Shown: in pieces, positions 18,978 to 28,550 of the stretch
Numbering within the stretch: the stretch's first letter is position 1
Layout of the letters: the number at the start of each line of letters is the position of its first letter
Assembly: GCA_041691635.1 (NCBI GenBank)
Contig: JBEPUH010000024.1
Location: forward strand, 4,677 to 68,676
Reading direction: 5' to 3'
DNA from: Hyphomicrobiales bacterium
GTDB taxonomy: Bacteria; Pseudomonadota; Alphaproteobacteria; Reyranellales; Reyranellaceae
DNA: 64,000 nucleotides
Notes under the pieces: generated by a model
What the model saw: the letters and a program-made list of their open reading frames with translations, nothing else
Database searches by the model: none
Told to the model about the DNA's origin: nothing
Made by a program: the position numbers and the translations under genes

Positions 18978-19750
18978 CTTGCCGCCAACTGCCATACGCC
19001 CTGCACGATGTACACCGCGCCCAGGCTCAGGATGACCCGCCGGGTCCACCAGTAGAACTGCTTGTCCGACATCTTGTCCAACAGGCGGCGCGATAAAGTC
19101 GTGCCCAGCACGGCGCAGGCGGCCGCGAATGCCATCACCAGGCACTGTTCGAGGTCGCGCCCCGCCGGGTTGGCGACCATCATGCCGAAGTAGGCGACCT
19201 TGGTGAAATGGCCGAGCACCTGCGCGGCGGCCTTGGTGGCGACATTGACCTGCCGCGGCATGCCGGTGCGCACGTAGAAGAGATCGAGCAGCGGCCCGGT
19301 GACGCCGGCGATGAGCTGGATGGCGCCGCCGACCGCGCCGGCCACGAAGGCCTGGCCGGCGCGCTCGATGTTGGGCGCGAAACGCTGCGGCACGGCAAGC
19401 GCAACGAACGGCATGATGCCGACGGCCAGTAGAACCATCGGCTTGGGCGGCACGAAGCTCACGAACGAGAAGGCCGCGAGCGAGAAGCCGGCGCCCAGCC
19501 CGAACTGGAACACGACGCTCCAGCGGATGTGGTGGCGCCACAGCCACGAGCGCCAGCCGTTGGCCGCGATCTGGATCACGCCGTGGAACACCATGGCGAC
19601 CGGCACCGGCAGGAACACCAGCAGGAAGCCGATCAGCACCATGCCGCCTGCCATGCCGAAGATGCCGGAGATGAACGAGGTGACGACGGCGGCCACGGCC
19701 AGCGCGACAAGGATGGGGAGCGTGAACATCGGCAGGCGGAAGTAGCACAT
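18974..19750 (-). CDS. TauE/SafE family sulfite/anion exporter
   Basis: A polytopic membrane protein with the characteristic GIFGMAGGMVLIGFL and GAIQLIAGVTGPLLD segments. Start taken at MCYFRLPMFTLPI (19750). Confidence 0.75.
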   Translation of the reverse strand: MCYFRLPMFTLPILVALAVAAVVTSFISGIFGMAGGMVLIGFLLVFLPVPVAMVFHGVIQIAANGWRSWLWRHHIRWSVVFQFGLGAGFSLAAFSFVSFVPPKPMVLLAVGIMPFVALAVPQRFAPNIERAGQAFVAGAVGGAIQLIAGVTGPLLDLFYVRTGMPRQVNVATKAAAQVLGHFTKVAYFGMMVANPAGRDLEQCLVMAFAAACAVLGTTLSRRLLDKMSDKQFYWWTRRVILSLGAVYIVQGVWQLAAR

Positions 19751-19864
19751 GACCCCTCCGCCCCGTAAGACGGGGCACCTCCCCATAAGAATGGGGAGGG
19801 GAAGATTCTTCCTCCTCCCCCGTCTTCGGGGGAGGTGTCGTCGTCATACGACGACGGAGGGGTC
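19751..19864. repeat. GC-rich nested palindromic intergenic repeat (REP-like), copy B, most elaborate
   Basis: Outer inverted repeat gacccctccg (19751-19760) / cggaggggtc (19855-19864). It encloses four hairpins: ccccGTAAGAcgggg, cctccccaTAAGAatggggagg, cctcccccGTCTTCgggggagg and gtcgtcgtCATacgacgac. Confidence 0.75.
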
Positions 19865-19886
19865 ATGCCCCTGCTAGAGTGCCGGC

Positions 19887-21317
19887 ATGAATACCGATCT
19901 TTTGTTCACGCCGGCCGTGAAAGCCGCCGCTCTCATCCGCGCCAGGAAGCTTTCGCCTGTCGAGTATCTCGACGCCATCCTCGAGGCCACCGGACGCGCC
20001 AATCCCAGCCTCAACTGCTTCCGCGTCGTGATGGAGGATGGGGCGCGGCGTGACGCGAAGAAGGCCGAGGAGGCGGTGATGCGCGGCGACCGGCTGGGCC
20101 CGCTGCACGGCGTGCCGGTCAGCATCAAGGACCTGGTCGACGTGGCCGGCGTCCACACGCGCCACGGCTCGGCGATCTTCCAGGACAACGTCGCCAAGGC
20201 CGACGACGCGCTGGTCCAGCGCCTGCGCGCGGCCGGCACGATCGTATTCGCCAAATCCTCGACGCCGGAGTTCGGCGTCAAGGGCCTGACCGACGGCCCG
20301 TCCTTCGGCATCACGCGCAACCCGTGGAACCTCGAGCGCACGCCGGGCGGCTCGAGCGGCGGCGGCGCAGCAGCCGTGGCGGCTGGCCTCGCCCCGCTGG
20401 CGCTCGGCACCGACGGCGCGGGCTCGGTGCGCGGTCCCGCTGCGTGCACGGGTCTTGTCGGCCACAAGCCGACGCTCGGCGTCGTGCCCTACGACACCAC
20501 GCGCGACGCCTTCGGCAACAACGTCTATGCCGGCCCGCTCACGCGCACGATCACCGACGCCGCGGTCATGCACTCGGTGCTGGTCGGGCCCAGCAGCAAG
20601 GACCCGTGGACCCTGGGCGGCGCGGTCCAGCATCCGGTGTCGCCCGGGCTCGCGGCCGAGGATCTGTCGGGCGTGCGCATCGGCTACATCGAGCTCTGCG
20701 CCAATCCGCGCGTGGCCGCCGACGTGCGCGCCAACACGCGCGCCTGCCTCGACGCCTGGCGCGCGATGGGCGCGGAGGTCGAGGAAGTCACCGAGGCGAT
20801 CGACTGGATCGAATACGAGGGCCGCGTGCTCTACCAGGCCAACTTCGCGGTATTCTGCGCGCAGTATCTGCCGAAGTGGCAGAACCAGATGGACCCGGTG
20901 ACGCTCGCCTTCATGCAGCGTGGCGAGAAGTTCTCGCTGGCCGACTTCCGCAACGCGCAGTTCGCGCGCGGCGTGCTGTTCCGCCGGATCCAGGCGCTGT
21001 TCGAGCGCTACGACTTCCTGGTGACGCCGACCGCCTCGCGCACCGCGCTCGACGTGACGCACGATGCGGCCAACGACGAGGTCGTGGTCGACGGCGTGAA
21101 GTGCGGCATCACCCGCCAGGGCTGGACCTCGTATCAGTATCCTTTCAACCTGACCGGCCATCCCGCGCTCGCCGTGCCCTCGGGCTTCGGCACCGACAAG
21201 ATGCCGACCTCGGTCCAGATCGTAGGCAGATGGGGCTGCGACGCCGACGTCTTCCGCCTCGGCGCGCTCCTCGAAACGGCGCGGCCGTGGGCCGACAGGC
21301 GGCCGCCGGTCCTCTAG
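19887..21317 (+). CDS. amidase (amidase-signature family)
   Basis: GGSSGGGAAAVAAG and GTDGAGSVRGPA signature. KD..DVAG present near the N-terminus. Confidence 0.9.
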   Translation: MNTDLLFTPAVKAAALIRARKLSPVEYLDAILEATGRANPSLNCFRVVMEDGARRDAKKAEEAVMRGDRLGPLHGVPVSIKDLVDVAGVHTRHGSAIFQDNVAKADDALVQRLRAAGTIVFAKSSTPEFGVKGLTDGPSFGITRNPWNLERTPGGSSGGGAAAVAAGLAPLALGTDGAGSVRGPAACTGLVGHKPTLGVVPYDTTRDAFGNNVYAGPLTRTITDAAVMHSVLVGPSSKDPWTLGGAVQHPVSPGLAAEDLSGVRIGYIELCANPRVAADVRANTRACLDAWRAMGAEVEEVTEAIDWIEYEGRVLYQANFAVFCAQYLPKWQNQMDPVTLAFMQRGEKFSLADFRNAQFARGVLFRRIQALFERYDFLVTPTASRTALDVTHDAANDEVVVDGVKCGITRQGWTSYQYPFNLTGHPALAVPSGFGTDKMPTSVQIVGRWGCDADVFRLGALLETARPWADRRPPVL

Positions 21318-21376
21318 CGTTGCATAGCCAGTGAGCTAATGTGCCGCCCGAAAGAAGAAACATCCGGGAGGCGTAA

Positions 21377-22348
21377 ATGCGTATCAAAGCGACGATGCTC
21401 GGCCTGCTGGCCGCGCTCGCCCTGGCGGGGCCTGCGGCTGCGGAGTTCCCCGACAAGCCGATCCGGATCATGGCGCCCTACGCGCCGGGCGGGAACATCG
21501 ACGTCACCGCGCGCATCATCGCCGAAAAGCTGAGGGACGTGCTGGGCGTCACCGTGCTGGTCGAGAACAAGGCCGGCGCCTCCGGCATGATCGGCGCCGA
21601 CGTCGTCGCCCGCTCCGCGCCCGACGGCTACAACCTGCTGGTCTCGGCCAATTCGATGGTCGACGTGCCGGCGATCTACGGCAACGCGCCCTACAACTGG
21701 AAGACTGCCTTCCAGCCGATCAGCCACATCCAGGCAGTGCCGGCGGTGATCGTCGTCACCCCCAGTTCGCCGATCAAGACGCTAGCCGACCTCGTCAAAG
21801 TCGGACGCGAAACACCGGGCAAGCTGCCGATCGCGGACTCCGGCGTCGGCACGACCAACCACATCGTGATCGAACTGATCAGCGACGCCACCAATTCGAA
21901 GTTCACGATCGTCCACTACAAAGGCAGTGGTGCTGCCACGATCGACGTGATCGGCGGCCAGGTGCCGGTGCAGGTCGACCAACTCAACAGCGCCATCGGC
22001 CATATCCGCGGCGGCAAGCTGCGGCCGATTGCGGTGACATCGGACGCACGCATGCCGGAGCTGCCCGACGTGCCTACCGTCAAGGAGTCCGGCATTCCGG
22101 AGCTGAAGGACTTCACCTACTCGACCTACACCGGTCTGTTCGGCCCGGCGAAGATGCCACCCGAGATCCTGAAGAAGCTGCACGACGCGATGGTGAAGGT
22201 GTTGACCGACCCCGCGACCGTCAAGCGCTTCGCCGACCTCACCGCCGTGGCCCGGCCCAGCACGCCCGACGAGCTTGCCGCCATGCTCGACAGGGAAGAC
22301 CAGACCGCCGTGCCCCTGATCAAGAAGCTTGGCATCAAACCGGAGTAG
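21377..22348 (+). CDS. Bug family (TctC-like) tripartite tricarboxylate transporter substrate-binding protein
   Basis: Signal peptide, then FPDKPIRIMAPYAPGGNIDVTARIIAEKL...ENKAGASGMIGA, the canonical Bug/TctC N-terminus. Confidence 0.9.
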   Translation: MRIKATMLGLLAALALAGPAAAEFPDKPIRIMAPYAPGGNIDVTARIIAEKLRDVLGVTVLVENKAGASGMIGADVVARSAPDGYNLLVSANSMVDVPAIYGNAPYNWKTAFQPISHIQAVPAVIVVTPSSPIKTLADLVKVGRETPGKLPIADSGVGTTNHIVIELISDATNSKFTIVHYKGSGAATIDVIGGQVPVQVDQLNSAIGHIRGGKLRPIAVTSDARMPELPDVPTVKESGIPELKDFTYSTYTGLFGPAKMPPEILKKLHDAMVKVLTDPATVKRFADLTAVARPSTPDELAAMLDREDQTAVPLIKKLGIKPE

Positions 22349-22356
22349 ATCGATTC

Positions 22357-22410
22357 CATCCTGAAAAGACGGGATGATCGCCCCCTTCCCCGCGTAAGAC
22401 CGGTGGGGAG
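22357..22410. repeat. degenerate copy C of the GTAAGAC-loop palindromic repeat
   Basis: catccTGAAAAGACgggatg followed by ccccttccccgcGTAAGACcggtggggag. It shares the GTAAGAC loop and C-run/G-run arms with copies A and B, but the arms are imperfect. Confidence 0.35.
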
Positions 22411-22419
22411 ATAACACGC

Positions 22420-24198
22420 TTGGCGACCACACGACGCATTGAGACGGCCTGCCTGCTGGGCGTGCTTGCCCTTGCAGCGCTGCTGCGTTTCTGGCGCATC
22501 GACGCCAACGGCTTCGGCACCGAGTATTACGCCGCCGGCGTGCGCAGCATGCTGCAGGGCGTGCGGCTGTTCTTCTACAACGCCTTCGATCCGGCAGGCG
22601 TGCTATCGATCGACAAGCCCCCGGTCTCCTTCTGGATCCAGGCTGCCTTCGCCGCCGTGCTGGGCTTCAGCGGCTGGTCGATCCACCTGCCGCAGATGCT
22701 GGCCGGCGTCGCCTCGGTGGCGATCCTGCATCGGCTGGTGCTGCGGCCGTTCGGACCGATGGCGGCGCTGATCGCGGCCTTTCTGCTGGCGATCACGCCG
22801 ATCTCCGTCGCCATCGACCGCAGCAACAACACCGATTCCTGGCTGGTGCTCTTCCTGCTGCTGGCGGCATGGGCGGCGATGCGCGGCCGCGGCCTGGCGC
22901 TGGTCGCGGCGATGGCGCTGCTGGGCGTCGCCTTCAACGTGAAGATGCTGGCCGCGCTGATCTGCGGGCCCGCCCTGCTCGCGGCCTGGTGGCTGTCGGG
23001 CACGCTCGACTGGCGCCGGCGCATCGGCTGGATGATGGCGGCGGGCGCCACCCTGGTGATCGTGGGCCTGTCGTGGGCGGTGGCGTTCGATCTCACGCCG
23101 CGCGCCGACCGGCCGTTCGCCGGCAGTACCCACCACAATTCCATGCTCGAGCTGATCGTGGTCCACAACGGCTTCGACCGCTTCGTGCTCGACCGCCCGG
23201 CCCGCGCCGAGGCGATCAACGGGACCCGTGAGATGTTCGATGCCGTGCCCGTGGGGCCGCTGCGGCTGGCGGCACCAATGCTCGCGGGCCAGTTCGCCTG
23301 GACCCTGCCGCTCGCAGTGCTGGGCCTGGCACTCGCGCTCGGCTTCCACCGCCGCCGCGACCAGACACAGGCCTCGCTGGCGCTCTGGGGCCTATGGGCG
23401 CTGACCTACGGCATCGTGTTCAGCGCCGCCGGCGGCATCTTCCACGCCTATTACCTGTCGGCGCTGGCGCCGCCGCTGGCCGCGTTGGCCGGCATCGGCT
23501 GCATGCAGCTCTGGCGCCGCGGGCCGTCCTCTCTCGCGCTGGGCCTGGCACTCTGCGGGCTGTGGCAGATCTACATCGCGGGCGGTTCGCTCGGCTGGAC
23601 CTCGACCTGGATCGGGTTTCCAGCCGTGGCGCTGCTCGCGGCGGCCGGCACGTTATGGCGCGGCAAGCGGCCACCGGCGGCGATCGGCGGCTTTGCGCTG
23701 GTGATCCTGCCGCTCGCCTGGGCGCTCAGCACGATCTTCATGCCGGGTAACCACACGCTGCCGTCGGCCAGCCTCGCGCGCTGGCTCGGCCGCGACGACG
23801 GCCGCGGCCCCCTGCTGTCGCGCCACTACGCCGCCCTCAGCAACGATCCGAAGCTGGTACAGTTCCTGACCGCCAACCGCGGCACGGCGCGTTTTCTCGT
23901 CGCCACGCCCACGACGCTGCTCGCGGCCCCGCTGATCGTGCGCACCGGTCAGCCGGCGCTGGCCTTCGGCGGCTATCTCGGCAACGATCCGATCTTTTCG
24001 CTCGACGCGTTTGCCGCCATGGCCGAGCGTGGCGAGGTGCGTTACGTGCTGCTGCCCGGCGGCCGCGCGCGGCAGGGCGACTTCGTGCGCTGGGTGCGCG
24101 AGCACGGCACGCCGGTCCACAATGCGCTGTGGCGCTCGACGCCGCCCGAAGAGGGCCGCCGCACGATCGCGCTCTACGATCTGAAGAAAAAGGGCTAG
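22420..24198 (+). CDS. glycosyltransferase family 39 (ArnT/PMT-like) membrane protein
   Basis: TTG start. N-terminus LLRFWRIDANGFG..YYAAGVRSM...DKPPVSFWIQA, followed by more than 10 TM segments and a soluble C-terminal domain. Confidence 0.8.
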   Translation: MATTRRIETACLLGVLALAALLRFWRIDANGFGTEYYAAGVRSMLQGVRLFFYNAFDPAGVLSIDKPPVSFWIQAAFAAVLGFSGWSIHLPQMLAGVASVAILHRLVLRPFGPMAALIAAFLLAITPISVAIDRSNNTDSWLVLFLLLAAWAAMRGRGLALVAAMALLGVAFNVKMLAALICGPALLAAWWLSGTLDWRRRIGWMMAAGATLVIVGLSWAVAFDLTPRADRPFAGSTHHNSMLELIVVHNGFDRFVLDRPARAEAINGTREMFDAVPVGPLRLAAPMLAGQFAWTLPLAVLGLALALGFHRRRDQTQASLALWGLWALTYGIVFSAAGGIFHAYYLSALAPPLAALAGIGCMQLWRRGPSSLALGLALCGLWQIYIAGGSLGWTSTWIGFPAVALLAAAGTLWRGKRPPAAIGGFALVILPLAWALSTIFMPGNHTLPSASLARWLGRDDGRGPLLSRHYAALSNDPKLVQFLTANRGTARFLVATPTTLLAAPLIVRTGQPALAFGGYLGNDPIFSLDAFAAMAERGEVRYVLLPGGRARQGDFVRWVREHGTPVHNALWRSTPPEEGRRTIALYDLKKKG

Positions 24199-26108
24199 CC
24201 GGCGCCGAGCGCGGACGCGATCTGGTAGGCGATCAGCGCCGCGGCATAGGCCAGCGCCAGCATGTAGCCGAAGGTGATCCACATCCACTTCCAGCCGCCG
24301 GTCTCGCGGCGGATCACCGCCAGGGTCGAGGCGCACTGCGGCGCGAACACGTACCAGGCCAGCAGCGCCAGCGCCGTGCCGAGGCTCCACTGCCCGGCCA
24401 GCGCCTGGCCGATCTGCTGCGTGGCCTGCGCGCCGCCGTCGATCGCATAGATCGTGCCCAGCGCACCGACCGCGACCTCGCGCGCCGCCATGCCGGGGAT
24501 CAGGGCCACGTTGATCTGCCAGTTGAAGCCCAGCGGCAGGGTGAGCGGCTCCAGCAGGTGGCCGAGCATGGCCGCCAGACTGTAGTTGATCGCCGGCCCC
24601 GGTGCGCCCACCGGCGCTTCCGGGAACGACGCGAGCAGCCAGATCAGGATCATCATCGACAGGATGGTCGTGCCAGCACGCTTGAGGAACGCCATGGCGC
24701 GCGCCCAGACACCGAGCGCCAGGCTCTTGGCGAGCGGTATCTTGTAGTCGGGCAGCTCGAGCATGAAGGGCTCGCCCGCCGACGTGCGCCACAGGAGGCG
24801 CTTCATCACGAAGGACACCGAGAGCGCCCCGGTGATGCCCGCGGCATAGAGGCCGAACATCACCAGCCCCTGCAGGCCGACGACGCCCCAGACCTGGCGG
24901 TCGGGAATGAAGGCCGAGATGATCAGCGTGTAGACCGGGATGCGCGCCGAGCAGGTCATCAGCGGCGCCACCAGGATCGTCGTCAGCCGGTCGCGCCGGT
25001 CGTCGATCACGCGCGTGGCCATGATGCCGGGAATGGCGCAGGCGAACGACGACAGCAGCGGAATGAACGCGCGCCCATGCAGGCCCGCGCCGCCCATGAT
25101 CTTGTCCATCAGGAACGCCGCGCGCGCCATGTAGCCCAGGTCCTCGAGCAGCAGGATGAAGAAGAACAGGATGACGATCTGCGGCAGGAAGACGATCACG
25201 CTGCCGACGCCGGCGATCAGGCCATTCTTCAGGAAGCTCTGCAGCAGGGCTGGCATCGGCAGCGAGCCGACGAAGGCGCCGAGCCAGGTGAACCCTTCGG
25301 AGATCACGTCCATCGCCGGTTTGGCCCAGGCGAACACCGCCTGGAACATCACGAACAGGATGGCGAGCAGGATGACGATGCCGGCCACCGGATGGAGCAG
25401 GATCGCATCGGCCCGCGTGGTGGCGCTGTCGGGCGTGCCGGGCGCGCGCACGGCGGCCTTCAGGATACGGTCGGCCTCGTGCTGGGCGTCGCGCAACGCT
25501 CCGGCGTCAGGTGCCTTCCAATCGGCCGCCGTGGTTTCGGGCAATCGCGCAAGAAGCCGGTCGAGTTCGGCCAGCAGCGCATCCGTGCCGCTACGGCGGA
25601 CGGCGATCGAGCTCACCACCGGCACGCCGAGTTCGGCCGCGAGTCTCGCTGTGTCGATCTCGATGCCGCGCTTCCTGGCAATATCCATCATGTTGAGCGC
25701 CAGCACGACCGGGCGACCGACGTGCCGCAGTTCGAGCGCGAGACGCAGCGCTAGGCGCAGGTTGGACGCATCGCCCACGCACACGATCAGGTCAGGCGCC
25801 GTCTCGCCCTTCAGCTTGCCCAGCACCGCATCGCGCGTGATCTCCTCGTCCGGCGAGCGCGCGCGCAACGAATAGGTGCCCGGCAGATCGAGAAGCTGGA
25901 TCGATCGGCCGCCCGGCGTCGACAGTCGGCCGAGCTTCTTCTCGACGGTGACACCCGGATAGTTCGCGACCTTCTGGCGGCTGCCGGTCAGCGCGTTGAA
26001 CAGCGCCGTCTTGCCGCAATTGGGATTGCCGACCAGCGCCACGATCGGGGCGAGGCCCGTGTCGACCGCCGAGGCCGGGGCTAATGGGAGGGCGATGCCG
26101 GCGTTCAT
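24195..26108 (-). CDS. feoB: ferrous iron transporter FeoB
   Basis: G-domain motifs VALVGNPNCGKTALFNALTG and DLPGTYSL, followed by the gate/permease region. ATGA overlap with feoA. Confidence 0.92.
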   Translation of the reverse strand: MNAGIALPLAPASAVDTGLAPIVALVGNPNCGKTALFNALTGSRQKVANYPGVTVEKKLGRLSTPGGRSIQLLDLPGTYSLRARSPDEEITRDAVLGKLKGETAPDLIVCVGDASNLRLALRLALELRHVGRPVVLALNMMDIARKRGIEIDTARLAAELGVPVVSSIAVRRSGTDALLAELDRLLARLPETTAADWKAPDAGALRDAQHEADRILKAAVRAPGTPDSATTRADAILLHPVAGIVILLAILFVMFQAVFAWAKPAMDVISEGFTWLGAFVGSLPMPALLQSFLKNGLIAGVGSVIVFLPQIVILFFFILLLEDLGYMARAAFLMDKIMGGAGLHGRAFIPLLSSFACAIPGIMATRVIDDRRDRLTTILVAPLMTCSARIPVYTLIISAFIPDRQVWGVVGLQGLVMFGLYAAGITGALSVSFVMKRLLWRTSAGEPFMLELPDYKIPLAKSLALGVWARAMAFLKRAGTTILSMMILIWLLASFPEAPVGAPGPAINYSLAAMLGHLLEPLTLPLGFNWQINVALIPGMAAREVAVGALGTIYAIDGGAQATQQIGQALAGQWSLGTALALLAWYVFAPQCASTLAVIRRETGGWKWMWITFGYMLALAYAAALIAYQIASALGAG

Positions 26109-26377
26109 GCCGCCGCCACCACGATCGCCATCGCCTCGCGGCGTCGCAGCGCGATCGTCGTCTGGGCCACGCGGACGGCGATCGGATCGCCGCCGAAGAA
26201 GCCCTGGTGCAGCAGTTCCACGGTTGCGCCCTCGACGAAGCCCAGCTCGAGCAACCGGCGCTCCAGTTCGGGGGCCGGCAGCCCGGCGCCCTGCGCACGC
26301 GTCATATCGAGCGCGAAAATGCGGCCACGGAAGCCCACGCGCGCTTCGCCCAATGCTATGGTTGACGGGTCGGTCAT
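26105..26377 (-). CDS. feoA: ferrous iron transport protein FeoA
   Basis: A 90-aa SH3-like FeoA pattern (RLLELGFVEGATVELL...GDPIAVRV) immediately upstream of feoB. Confidence 0.85.
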   Translation of the reverse strand: MTDPSTIALGEARVGFRGRIFALDMTRAQGAGLPAPELERRLLELGFVEGATVELLHQGFFGGDPIAVRVAQTTIALRRREAMAIVVAAA

Positions 26378-26435
26378 TGCGAGTGCTTCGTAATAGCATT
26401 AAGCCCCGATGGCCACCAGCGGAGGGAAGACGGAC

Positions 26436-27149
26436 ATGGCGACTATCGTTCTGGCGCATGGCGCCTGGTCGGCGGCCTGGGCCTGGAAAAAGATGCGGCC
26501 CCTGTTGAAGGCGGCAGGCCACACATTCTTTTCTCCGACCTATACGGGCTTGGGCGAGCGCGCCCATTTGGCACGGCCCGAGGTCGACGTCTCCACCCAC
26601 GTTCAGGACGTGGTCGGCGTGCTGGAATTCGAGGACCTGAAGGACGTCGTCCTGCTCGGTCACTCCTACGGCGGCATGGTGGCCACCGGGGTCGCCGACA
26701 AGGCGAGAAGCCGTATTGCCAGCGTGGTCTATCTCGACGCCTTCGCCCCCAAGGACGGCCAGAGCCTGTTCGACCTCACCGGTCCCAAGGCCGAGGGCAA
26801 CATGCGCGCCGGGGCGGCCAAGGATGGCGAGGGCTGGAAGCTGCCGCTCAACCCGATGCCGCCCGACACGTCGCCGGAAGACCAGGCCTGGGCGATCCCC
26901 CGCCGCCGGCCGCAGCCGATCAAGACCTTCGAGCAGAAGATCAGGCTCGAGTCGAAGGAGGCACCGCCGCCGCGCCATTACATCTACGCCAAGAAAAACG
27001 GTCCGGGCGATGTGTTCCGCCAGTTCGGCGAGCGCGCCAAGACCGAGCCCGGCTGGAAGTATTACGAGATCGACGCCAGCCACAATCCGCACATCACCTG
27101 TCCCGACGTTCTGATGGTGTTGCTGACGGAGATCATGGCGGCAAAATGA
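26436..27149 (+). CDS. alpha/beta hydrolase (esterase-like)
   Basis: MATIVLAHGAWSAAWAW...LLGHSYGG nucleophile elbow and C-terminal SHNPHIT. RBS GGAGGGAAGA before the ATG at 26436. Confidence 0.8.
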   Translation: MATIVLAHGAWSAAWAWKKMRPLLKAAGHTFFSPTYTGLGERAHLARPEVDVSTHVQDVVGVLEFEDLKDVVLLGHSYGGMVATGVADKARSRIASVVYLDAFAPKDGQSLFDLTGPKAEGNMRAGAAKDGEGWKLPLNPMPPDTSPEDQAWAIPRRRPQPIKTFEQKIRLESKEAPPPRHYIYAKKNGPGDVFRQFGERAKTEPGWKYYEIDASHNPHITCPDVLMVLLTEIMAAK

Positions 27150-28540
27150 GCGAGGCCCTGACGCACGACATCCTGGGCCTGCTCGGTCGCAAGAAGCGAC
27201 GCGACGATTCGCTGGCCTTCACCAACGGCGAGGATCCGATCTTCGTCTCGCCGTGGCGGGTCGGCCGCGCCGGATCGGCGGCGCTGGGCGCCGTGGGACT
27301 GGCGCTGTCGGACCTGTGGCGCCTCAAGACCGGCAAGCCGCAGGCCGTGGCGATCGATCGCCATGCCGCCGCGGCATCGCTGCGCTCCAACACCTATGTG
27401 CTGCAGAACGGCAAGAAGCCCGTGTCGTGGGATCCTCTCGCTGGCCACTACAAGACGGCCGACAACCGCACGATGTTCCTGCACACCAACCATCCGCATC
27501 ATCGCGAAGGCGCACTGCGCATCTCGGGCGCCAAGGACGGCACACGCGAAGCGCTGGCCGAAGCGGTGGCCAAGTGGAAGGGCCAGGACATCGAAGACGC
27601 GATCGCCGCGGGCAATTGCGTCGGTGGCCTGTCGCGCAGCCGAGCGGAATGGAACGCCCATCCGCATGGGATCGCGGTCGCCAAGCTGCCGCTGCTCGAC
27701 CTCGTCAAGATCGGCGACGCGCCGGCTCGGCCCCTGCCGCCCCCCAGGAGAAATGACGGCGATCGCCCGCTGTCCGGCGTCCGCGCCTTCGACCTCACGC
27801 GCGTGCTCGCGGGCCCGACCAGCGGTCGCGTGCTGGCCGAGAACGGGGCCGACGTGCTGCACGTCGCGGCGCCTCACCTGCCCTACCAGACCGAAATCCT
27901 GATGGACACCGGCCACGGCAAGCGTTGCGCCTGGATCGATCTCAGCGAAGCCAAGGGCGTGTCGACCATGACCAGCCTGCTGCGCGAGGCCGACGTGTTC
28001 ACGCAGGGCTATCGCCCGGGCACCCTGGCGGCGCGCGGCTTCTCGCCCGAGCAGGTGGCGGCGTTGCGGCCCGGCATCGTCTGCGTCAGCATCTGTGCTT
28101 ACGGACATGAAGGCCCGTGGGCAGCGCGCCGCGGCTTCGACTCGATCGTGCAGAATGTGACCGGCCTTGCCGCCGCGCAGGGCTCGCTCGACAGCCCGCG
28201 CAACCTGCCGGTCCAAGCGCTCGACTACATCGCGGGCTATCTCGCAGCACTGGGCGCCATGATCGGCCTCGCCCGCCGCGCCGAGGAGGGTGGCTCGTGG
28301 CACGTGCGCGTGTCGCTGGTCCAGGTCGCGCACTGGCTGGCGAGCCTCGGTACGATCGACGGCAGCGCCGGCCTGAAGGACCTCCCCGACGCCGATCTCG
28401 CGGCCCTGCTGATGGAAAGCGACGGCCCCTTCGGCCGGCTGCGCCATCTGAAGCCGGTCATCCAGCTCAGCGAAACACCCTGCCGCTACGACCGCCCCGC
28501 CGAGCCGCTCGGCACGTCTCCCGCCCTCTGGGCGGCCTGA
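27146..28540 (+). CDS. CoA transferase (family III, CaiB/BaiF-like)
   Basis: GVRAFDLTRVLAGPTSGRVLAENGADVLHV...READVFTQGYRPGTLA, the typical family III CoA-transferase core. Confidence 0.85.
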   Translation: MSEALTHDILGLLGRKKRRDDSLAFTNGEDPIFVSPWRVGRAGSAALGAVGLALSDLWRLKTGKPQAVAIDRHAAAASLRSNTYVLQNGKKPVSWDPLAGHYKTADNRTMFLHTNHPHHREGALRISGAKDGTREALAEAVAKWKGQDIEDAIAAGNCVGGLSRSRAEWNAHPHGIAVAKLPLLDLVKIGDAPARPLPPPRRNDGDRPLSGVRAFDLTRVLAGPTSGRVLAENGADVLHVAAPHLPYQTEILMDTGHGKRCAWIDLSEAKGVSTMTSLLREADVFTQGYRPGTLAARGFSPEQVAALRPGIVCVSICAYGHEGPWAARRGFDSIVQNVTGLAAAQGSLDSPRNLPVQALDYIAGYLAALGAMIGLARRAEEGGSWHVRVSLVQVAHWLASLGTIDGSAGLKDLPDADLAALLMESDGPFGRLRHLKPVIQLSETPCRYDRPAEPLGTSPALWAA

Positions 28541-28550
28541 GCGCTTTTAT

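Noticed and set aside
24195-24198. The convergent GT39 and feoB genes share a palindromic CTAG that provides both stop codons.
   Set aside because: It is real in the sequence but trivial. There is no functional implication beyond tight packing.
26391-26401. A perfect palindrome TAATAGCATTA 14 nt upstream of feoA, considered as a Fur/Irr-type iron-regulatory operator.
   Set aside because: It is only 11 nt long and overlaps where the ribosome-binding site should be. It does not match the Fur box or the ICE motif as I remember them. This is insufficient evidence without a genome-wide motif.
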